The translations under genes and the position numbers were made by a program. A model generated the notes under the pieces. That model searched no databases and was not told the origin of the DNA. It saw nothing but the letters and a program-made list of their open reading frames with translations. From the NCBI GenBank assembly GCA_041752695.1, contig JBGSVZ010000002.1, positions 1 through 39,901 of the forward strand: a stretch of DNA of 39,901 nt. The letters are read 5' to 3'. Shown piece by piece: positions 33,330 through 39,901 of the stretch. Positions within the stretch are counted from its first letter, which is position 1, and the number at the start of each line of letters is the position of its first letter. This DNA comes from Terrimicrobiaceae bacterium. Its GTDB lineage: Bacteria; Verrucomicrobiota; Verrucomicrobiia; Chthoniobacterales; Terrimicrobiaceae.

Positions 33330-34169
33330 ATGTTGAAAAATTTTCTCCAATTCATCCGGTTTTCCCACACGATCTTCGCGCTGCCCTTCGCATTGGGGGC
33401 GATGTTTGTTGCGGCGGACGGTGTGCCTTCAGCGCGGATTTTCGCCCTCATTGTGCTGGCCATGGTCTTCGCCCGCACGGCGGCCATGGCGTTCAACCGG
33501 CTGGCTGACTGGGAAATCGACAAACGCAATCCGCGCACCGAAGGGCGACACCGATTGGTCTCGCGCCCCGCCGCCATCGCGGGCTGTGGCATTTCGTCCG
33601 TGCTGTTTATCGCGGTCACCGCTCTTATCAATCCCCTCTGCCTGGCGCTTTCGCCGGTGGCGCTTGGCATTGTCTTCTTCTATTCGTTCACCAAACGTTT
33701 CACGGACGGCGCGCAATTTTTTCTCGGCCTCGCCCTGGCCGTGGCTCCGGTGGGGGCGTGGCTGGCGGTCACGGGAAGTTTCGCCTGGCCGCCGCTCGTG
33801 CTGGCACTGGCGGTTCTCTGTTGGGTGGCGGGTTTCGACATGATCTACGCGACGCAGGACTACGAGGTGGACAAACGGGAGGGTCTGCATTCCATGGTGG
33901 TCCGGCTGGGCATCGCCAAGTCACTCGCTGCGGCGACGCTGCTCCACACGGCCGCGCTGGCAGGAATGGTGGGATTTGGCGTCATGGCGGAGTTGGGGAA
34001 GGTGTATTTTTTCGGCATGACCCTCATCGGCGCAGCGCTCGTTTTTGAACATCTTCTCGCCCGTCGGGGAAACCTCGCCGCCATTAACAAGGCGTTTTTT
34101 CAGGCCAATGCCGCCGTAAGTGCCGTCTTCCTGATCAGCACCCTGGCGGACCGGCTTCTCCGCTTCTAA
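33330..34169 (+). CDS. UbiA-family (MqnP-like) 4-hydroxybenzoate polyprenyltransferase
   Basis: IRFSHTIFALPFA, ARTAAMAFNRLADWEIDKRNPRT, YSFTKRFT, GFDMIYATQDYEVD, several TM segments. Confidence 0.92.
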   Translation: MLKNFLQFIRFSHTIFALPFALGAMFVAADGVPSARIFALIVLAMVFARTAAMAFNRLADWEIDKRNPRTEGRHRLVSRPAAIAGCGISSVLFIAVTALINPLCLALSPVALGIVFFYSFTKRFTDGAQFFLGLALAVAPVGAWLAVTGSFAWPPLVLALAVLCWVAGFDMIYATQDYEVDKREGLHSMVVRLGIAKSLAAATLLHTAALAGMVGFGVMAELGKVYFFGMTLIGAALVFEHLLARRGNLAAINKAFFQANAAVSAVFLISTLADRLLRF

Positions 34170-34292
34170 AGGAAAGCCAGACCGCACGCTAAACCCGCCC
34201 CGTTTCTGGACGGGGCAAAATATAACTAGGGATTCCCGGAATGGGGACTAAGATGGAGTACGGTTGCGAGTTAGCGCCCCTCAATCGCAAAC

Positions 34293-35525
34293 ATGAGCAA
34301 AGAAACCGCGATCTTGTCCGGCCCGGGGGGAAGCCTCCCCCAGTCCGAAGATCCTGAAAGCAGGGAAGCCCGGCTGAAAAAAACGTCGGCAGACGAGGCG
34401 TTGAGCGCTTCCGAGTTGCGCTACCGGCGGCTTTTTGAAACCGCCAAAGATGGCATTCTGATCCTTAACGCCGCAACAGGCATGGTGGACGATGTGAATC
34501 CCTTTCTCATCACGTTGCTCGGGTATTCGCACGAACAGTTTCTGGGGAAAGCCGTTTGGGAATTGGGGTTTTTCAACGATATCCTCGCCAATGAGGACAA
34601 GTTCGCGGAGCTGCGAGAAAAGGAATACGTCCGCTATGAAGATTTGCCCCTGGAGACCGCCGATGGGCGGCGGATTGATGTGGAGTTTGTCAGCAACGTC
34701 TATTGGGTGGATGACGGCAAGGTGATCCAGTGCAACATCCGCGACGTGACCGTACGCCGGAGGGCGGAGGAGAAGGTGCGGGAACTCAACGCGATGCTCG
34801 AGCAACGCGTGATCGAGCGCACCGCGCAACTCGAAGCAGCCAATCAGGAACTGGAGGCCTTTTCTTTTTCCGTCTCGCACGATCTGCGCGGCCCGCTGCG
34901 CGCCATTGATGGATTCTCCCAAGCCGTGATGGAAGACTTCGGGGCCCAGTTGCCGGAGGAGGGGCAGCGCTATTTGCGAATCATCCGGGAAGGCGCCCAG
35001 CAGATGGGGGCCTTGATCGCCGACCTGCTGGCGTTTTCGCGCCTGAGCCGGGAACCGGTGAGAAAAGAACTCATCGCCACCGCACACCTTGTGCAGTCGG
35101 CTTTGGAGGAATTGGAGCTTCTGAAAAAAGACCGGGAGGTCGAAATCCGCATCTCCGATCTGCCGCCCTGCCAGGGTGATGCGGCCCTTCTCAAGCAAGT
35201 TTGGATCAACCTTCTTTCCAACGCTTTGAAATACACCCGAAAACGCGACCGTGCCGTCATTGAGGTGGGCTGCCTGCCGGGCGACAACGGAACGGTTTAT
35301 TTCGTCCGCGACAACGGCACCGGTTTCAACATGAAGTATGCGAACAAACTCTTCGGGGTCTTCCAGCGCCTGCACCGGGCGGAAGATTACGAAGGCACGG
35401 GGGTCGGCCTGGCCCTGGTGCAACGCATCATTCACCGCCACGGCGGACGGGTCTGGGCCGAGGCCTCGGAGGATCGCGGGGCCACCTTCTTTTTCACCGT
35501 GGGAGGAGAAAAATCGCATGAATGA
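34293..35525 (+). CDS. PAS-domain sensor histidine kinase (410 aa)
   Basis: PAS (YRRLFETAKDGILIL...CNIRDVT), H-box FSFSVSHDLRGPLR, NLLSNALKY, DNGTGF, LFGVFQRLH, GTGVGLA. Confidence 0.95.
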   Translation: MSKETAILSGPGGSLPQSEDPESREARLKKTSADEALSASELRYRRLFETAKDGILILNAATGMVDDVNPFLITLLGYSHEQFLGKAVWELGFFNDILANEDKFAELREKEYVRYEDLPLETADGRRIDVEFVSNVYWVDDGKVIQCNIRDVTVRRRAEEKVRELNAMLEQRVIERTAQLEAANQELEAFSFSVSHDLRGPLRAIDGFSQAVMEDFGAQLPEEGQRYLRIIREGAQQMGALIADLLAFSRLSREPVRKELIATAHLVQSALEELELLKKDREVEIRISDLPPCQGDAALLKQVWINLLSNALKYTRKRDRAVIEVGCLPGDNGTVYFVRDNGTGFNMKYANKLFGVFQRLHRAEDYEGTGVGLALVQRIIHRHGGRVWAEASEDRGATFFFTVGGEKSHE

Positions 35526-35967
35526 ATCCGTCGTTGAACTTCTCCTGGTGGAGGACAACCCGCACGATCTGGAACTGGCGGTTCGCGCCTTGAAGAAAGC
35601 CAATCTCGCCAGCCGCATCCATGTCGCCCGGGATGGCGAAGAAGCCCTCGACTTCATTTTTGCCGAAGGCCCCAACCAGGCCCGCGGATCCGCCGCCCAG
35701 CTCAAACTCATCCTGCTCGATCTGAAACTGCCCAAGATTGACGGACTGACCGTCCTCCGCCGCCTCAAAGGCGATCCCCGCACCCGGACGATTCCCGTCG
35801 TGGTCCTCACCTCGTCCCAGGAACAAAGCGATATCATCGCGGGTTACGGCATCGGGGTGAACAGCTACATCGTGAAGCCGGTGGACTTTGAGACCTTCTC
35901 CAAAACCGTGCAGGACCTGGGACTCTACTGGCTGCTGCTCAACCACCCGCCGAAGCTGGACCTCTGA
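35518..35967 (+). CDS. Single-domain response regulator, Rcp1-like (149 aa)
   Basis: Start ATG 35518 overlapping the HK stop. LLVEDN, ILLDLKLPKIDG, VVVLTSS, NSYIVKP, LGLYWL. Confidence 0.93.
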   Translation: MNESVVELLLVEDNPHDLELAVRALKKANLASRIHVARDGEEALDFIFAEGPNQARGSAAQLKLILLDLKLPKIDGLTVLRRLKGDPRTRTIPVVVLTSSQEQSDIIAGYGIGVNSYIVKPVDFETFSKTVQDLGLYWLLLNHPPKLDL

Positions 35968-35969
35968 TC

Positions 35970-38900
35970 ATGCCTCCCCTTCGCATTCTGGTTCTGGAGG
36001 ACAATCCCCTGGACACAGAATTGATGCTCCGGGAACTGCGCCGGGCGGGATTTGAAGATCCCGAGTGGCTGCGGGTGGATAGCGAGGAGGACTACCTCGA
36101 TCACCTTCACGCCGATCTCGACATCATCCTCTCGGACTTTGAAATGCCGCAATTCAATGGCCTCCGCGCCCTCGAATTGCTGAAGGAGCGCGGATTCGAC
36201 ATACCCTTCATCCTCATTTCCGGCACGATCGGCGAGGATGTTGCCGTCCAGGCCATGAAGCGGGGCGCCGCGGACTATCTCCTGAAAGACCGCCTGGCGC
36301 GCCTCGGAGCCGCCATCCAACACGCCTTGGACGAGAGCCGCCTGAGGCGGGAGCGCAAGGCGGCGTGGGAAACCTTGCGACTGAGGGAATCGGCGTTGAA
36401 CGAGGTCTCGCAGGGTGTGATCATCTGCGACGAAAAACACCTCATCACCTACGCGAATACCAGTTTTTCCCGGATCACCGGATATTCTCAGGACGAGATT
36501 ATGGGCCGCAATTGCAACTTCCTGCAAGGCGTTGATACGTCACGGGAAACCATTCAGAAAATGCGTGCCGCGATCCGAGCAGGCCAGCCTTTTGAAGCCG
36601 AGATTCTGAATTACCGCAAGGACGGCCAGCCTTTTTGGAACGATCTCTCCATCTCGCCGATCCGCGGAATCGACGGCGAGCCCCTGCGTTTCATCGGAAT
36701 CCAGCGCGATATCACAGAGCGCAAACTGGCCGAAGAGGCCTTGAGCCGGAAGGAAACCGAGTTGCGAGTGCTCTTTGATCTGGTGCCGGCCATGATCTGG
36801 TTTAAGGACACGGAGAACAACCACCTCCGCGTGAACAAACACGCTGCCGCCAGTATCGGGCGATCGGTCGAGGAACTCGAAGGAAAGCCCGCCCGCCACT
36901 TCTATCCCAAGGAAGCCGATGGGTTTTATGCCGCCGATCTGGAAGTCATGAGGTCGGGTTTGCCCAAGCTGGGTATCGTCGAGGCCATTCGCGATAACAG
37001 GAATCAGGACCTTTGGCTTCAGACAGATAAAGTTCCATATTGCGACGAGGACGGACAGGTTATCGGAATTGTCGTCATGTCACAGGACATCACCGCGCGC
37101 AAACTCGCGGATGCGGCGCTAAAGGAAAGCGAACTGCGCTACCACACCCTGTTTGAGAACATGGTGGAAGGGTATTGTTACTGCCGCCTTCTTTATGCAG
37201 GTGATAAGGCGTCGGACTACATTTACCTCGAAGTCAACCAGGCGTTTGCACCCCAAACCGGGCTGACGAATGTCGTCGGGAGAAAGGTCAGCGAAGTTGT
37301 CCCGGGGATCCATGAAAGCAACCCGGAACAACTGATAATTTACAGCCGGGTGGCCTCGACCGGAAAAACGGAGAAATTCGAAACGCATGCAAAAGTTCTC
37401 GATCTCTGGTTTTCCGTCTCGGTTTACAGCAATAGGCAGGAGCACTTCGTTGCCGTCTTCGACAACATCACGGAGCGGAAACACGCCGAGGAAGCCCTGC
37501 GCAAGAGCGAGGAGCGCTTCGCCGAGGCGTTTGAGCAGGCACCCATCGGCATCGCCCTGCTTTCGCCCGAGGGCCGGTGGCTGAAGGTCAACAAGGCCCT
37601 GTGCGACACGGTCGGGTATTCCGAGCAAGAGTTGGTATCCCGCACTTTTCACGAGATGACTCATCCCGAGGATCTGCCCGTGGACTTGGCGCTGGTACGC
37701 CGGTTAGTCGCCGGGGAAATTTCCTCCGACCAACTGGAAAAGCGCTACATCCACGCCGATGGTCACTTCGTCCCGGTCTTGCTCAACGTTTCCCTGGTTC
37801 GTGACGGACAGGGAGAACCGCTCTACTTCATCGCCCAAATTCAAGATATCACCGAGCGCATGCGCGCCCAGGAAGAGTTGCACTGGAAGACGGCTTTCCT
37901 GGAGGCCCAGGTGAACTCGTCCCTCGATGCCACGATTGTGGTGGACGAGCAGGGCCGGAAGATCCTTCAGAACCAGAAGGTCGCCGAACTGTTCAAAATT
38001 CCCCAGCACATTCTGGATGATCCTGATGACGAACAACAGGTCCGATGGGTAACGGGAATGACCAAATTCCCCGAGGAGTTCGCCCGAAAAGTCACCCATC
38101 TCTACGCCCACCCGGACGACATCGCTCACGATGAGATTGCGCTGAATAACGGCACCATCCTTGATCGCTACACGTTTCCGGTGGTCGGTCAGGATGGAAA
38201 ATACTACGGGAGAACCTGGACATTCCGCGACATCAGCGAGCGCAAGCAGGCCGAGGAGGAACTGCGCGCAAGCCGACACTTCGCCGAAAGCATCGCCGAG
38301 AATTCGACGAGCGTCATTTATCTTTACGATCTCCAGACCCATGTGACCGACTACACAAACCGCAACGCCGCAGAGGATCTCGGATATTCGAAAGCGCAGA
38401 TCTCCGCCGCAGGAGACGACTTCTACAGGACGCTCATCCACCCCGACGATCTAATTAGGCTGGTGCCGCAAACAATCAAACTAACCGAGGCGCAGGACGG
38501 TCAGGTCTTCGATTTCGAGCTTCGTGTGAAGCACGCCACCGGCGAATTGCGTTGGTTTTGGACCCGCGAGACGGTTTTTAACCGCCACCCGGATGGCACT
38601 CCCTGGAAGATCCTGGGGACGGCGCACGACATCACCGAACGCAAGATCGCCGAGGAAAAACTTTCCGAAGCTCTCGCACAGGAAAAGGAACTCTCCGAAA
38701 AAGCCCGCGCTGGCGACCGGGCGAAAAATGAGTTTCTCGCCGTGATGAGCCACGAAGTGCGCACCCCCATGAACGGCATCATGGGTTTTGCCGAGCTCCT
38801 TTCCCAAGCGCCGCTCTCTCCCGAGAACCATGCCTACGCCCAAACCATCGTGCAAAGCGGAGAGGCCCTCACCCATGTGCTCGATGGCATTCTGGACTTC

Positions 38901-39797
38901 AGCCGCCTGGAAGCCGGGCGACTGCAAGTCGCCGACGAGGTATTTTCCCCGCGCGCTCTCCTCCGGGACATTCACCGTCTGATGGCGCACCAGGCCGCGG
39001 AGAAAAATGTCAAAATCCAACTCACGGTCGCAGACTCTATCCCGGGACTTTTCCAAGGTGACGCCGGACGCCTCCGCCAGATCGTGCTCAACGTTGTTGG
39101 GAATGCCATGAAGTTTACCCAGCAAGGGACCATTAGCATCGCGCTGGAACACCATCCCGATCAGCCCTCGACTTTTATTTTCACGATCAAGGATACGGGG
39201 GTCGGGATCACGGACGAGCAGATTGGCCGCATTTTCCAACCCTTCACGCAGGCGGATTCCAGTATCTCCCGGAAATATGGCGGCACGGGATTGGGACTGA
39301 CCATTTCCCGACGGCTGGCCGAGTTGATGGGCGGAGAGCTTACGGTTAAGAGCAAGCCCGGCACGGGGTCGACGTTTTTTATCACATTGCCCTTTGCCAT
39401 CGCGACCGCGACTCATGAAGCCCCCTCCGTTGCCCCTCCCGAGACCCTTGATGGGGAGTTTGCCCTCAGACACCCTTTGCGGCTGCTGGTGGTCGAAGAT
39501 GACCGGATCAATCTCAAACTCATCCAGGCCCTGCTTCGACGGCTCGGTTATTCGCCACTCACGGCGGGAAATGGCCGCGCCGCGATCGAAGTCTTCCAAC
39601 GGGAAAATCCCGATTGCATTCTGATGGATTTGCAAATGCCGGAGATGGACGGCATCGAAGCTTCGATCCGAATTCGCGCCCTGGAAAAATCCCCGGTCCG
39701 ACCTCCCGTCTTTATTGCGGCCCTCACGGCCAACATTTTTCCGGCGGATCGTCAGCGGTGCCTAGAGCCTGTTAGGCACTTTGACGTGCAAAAATGA
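35970..39797 (+). CDS. Hybrid histidine kinase REC-LOV-multiple PAS-HisKA-HATPase-REC, C-terminal REC truncated by an IS
   Basis: N-terminal REC. LOV motif GRNCNFLQG..NYRKDG..FWN..GIQ. Repeated DITERK PAS ends. MSHEVRTPMNG, GGTGLGL. The final REC ends ..DRQRCLE-PVRHFDVQK and lacks the D..xKP strand. Confidence 0.92.
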   Translation: MPPLRILVLEDNPLDTELMLRELRRAGFEDPEWLRVDSEEDYLDHLHADLDIILSDFEMPQFNGLRALELLKERGFDIPFILISGTIGEDVAVQAMKRGAADYLLKDRLARLGAAIQHALDESRLRRERKAAWETLRLRESALNEVSQGVIICDEKHLITYANTSFSRITGYSQDEIMGRNCNFLQGVDTSRETIQKMRAAIRAGQPFEAEILNYRKDGQPFWNDLSISPIRGIDGEPLRFIGIQRDITERKLAEEALSRKETELRVLFDLVPAMIWFKDTENNHLRVNKHAAASIGRSVEELEGKPARHFYPKEADGFYAADLEVMRSGLPKLGIVEAIRDNRNQDLWLQTDKVPYCDEDGQVIGIVVMSQDITARKLADAALKESELRYHTLFENMVEGYCYCRLLYAGDKASDYIYLEVNQAFAPQTGLTNVVGRKVSEVVPGIHESNPEQLIIYSRVASTGKTEKFETHAKVLDLWFSVSVYSNRQEHFVAVFDNITERKHAEEALRKSEERFAEAFEQAPIGIALLSPEGRWLKVNKALCDTVGYSEQELVSRTFHEMTHPEDLPVDLALVRRLVAGEISSDQLEKRYIHADGHFVPVLLNVSLVRDGQGEPLYFIAQIQDITERMRAQEELHWKTAFLEAQVNSSLDATIVVDEQGRKILQNQKVAELFKIPQHILDDPDDEQQVRWVTGMTKFPEEFARKVTHLYAHPDDIAHDEIALNNGTILDRYTFPVVGQDGKYYGRTWTFRDISERKQAEEELRASRHFAESIAENSTSVIYLYDLQTHVTDYTNRNAAEDLGYSKAQISAAGDDFYRTLIHPDDLIRLVPQTIKLTEAQDGQVFDFELRVKHATGELRWFWTRETVFNRHPDGTPWKILGTAHDITERKIAEEKLSEALAQEKELSEKARAGDRAKNEFLAVMSHEVRTPMNGIMGFAELLSQAPLSPENHAYAQTIVQSGEALTHVLDGILDFSRLEAGRLQVADEVFSPRALLRDIHRLMAHQAAEKNVKIQLTVADSIPGLFQGDAGRLRQIVLNVVGNAMKFTQQGTISIALEHHPDQPSTFIFTIKDTGVGITDEQIGRIFQPFTQADSSISRKYGGTGLGLTISRRLAELMGGELTVKSKPGTGSTFFITLPFAIATATHEAPSVAPPETLDGEFALRHPLRLLVVEDDRINLKLIQALLRRLGYSPLTAGNGRAAIEVFQRENPDCILMDLQMPEMDGIEASIRIRALEKSPVRPPVFIAALTANIFPADRQRCLEPVRHFDVQK

Positions 39798-39901
39798 CTG
39801 TACTTTGTAAATACATCTCGGCAGTAAGCTTGGGATGGCGAAAAAAGTCTTCAAGAGTGGATCGGGAAAGAGTGGATATCCGAGCGATGTGAGCGAGGAG
39901 G
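39765..39901 (+). mobile_element. Left end of an IS5-family insertion sequence (runs off the window)
   Basis: Junction CTA|GAGCCTGTTAGGCACTTTG, an abrupt AT-richer segment, and a downstream ORF with YPSDVSEE. Confidence 0.8.
39835..39901 (+). CDS. IS5-family transposase N-terminus (partial)
   Basis: MAKKVFKSGSGKSGYPSDVSEE matches the 'YPSD(L/V)(S/T)xxEW' start of IS5-family transposases. Confidence 0.8.
   Translation, partial: MAKKVFKSGSGKSGYPSDVSEE

Noticed and set aside
34197..34220. Terminator after the UbiA-family gene
   Set aside because: A GCCCCGTT/GACGGGGC hairpin exists but is followed by A's rather than a U-tract, so its function is uncertain.
34293..35525. Bacteriophytochrome
   Set aside because: The kinase core and Rcp1-like partner are of that class, but there are no GAF/PHY domains.

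Overview
GC-rich bacterial DNA, most likely Verrucomicrobiota (inferred from PEP-CTERM proteins, passenger-type beta-strand repeats and 'RFLRLRVT' C-termini). The left ~30 kb is a putative polysaccharide-degradation locus. It has a minus-strand operon of three giant secreted modular proteins (~2834, ~1381 and 1946 aa) that share a HYR + ConA-like + C-terminal 'DxDxDG..N..EYA.G..P...RRFLRLRVT(S/A)P' cassette, then a heparinase-like 737-aa protein, a GH29 fucosidase remnant and a truncated sialate O-acetylesterase. On the plus strand are a Calx-beta/FN3/SGNH protein and two PEP-CTERM genes flanking a GH43 gene. The two PEP-CTERM genes share an identically spaced triple-GCAACA upstream motif. The right ~10 kb has a mini-kinase/PP2C pair divergent from glnII (which has a sigma-54-type promoter), REP/MITE-like palindromes, a UbiA-family prenyltransferase, and an HK-RR-hybrid HK cassette. 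The hybrid kinase carries a LOV domain and is cut at its C-terminal receiver by an IS5-family element. The first ~170 bp are a compositionally foreign 35-bp tandem repeat that truncates the esterase gene. All family assignments come from motif recognition by eye; no searches were run.
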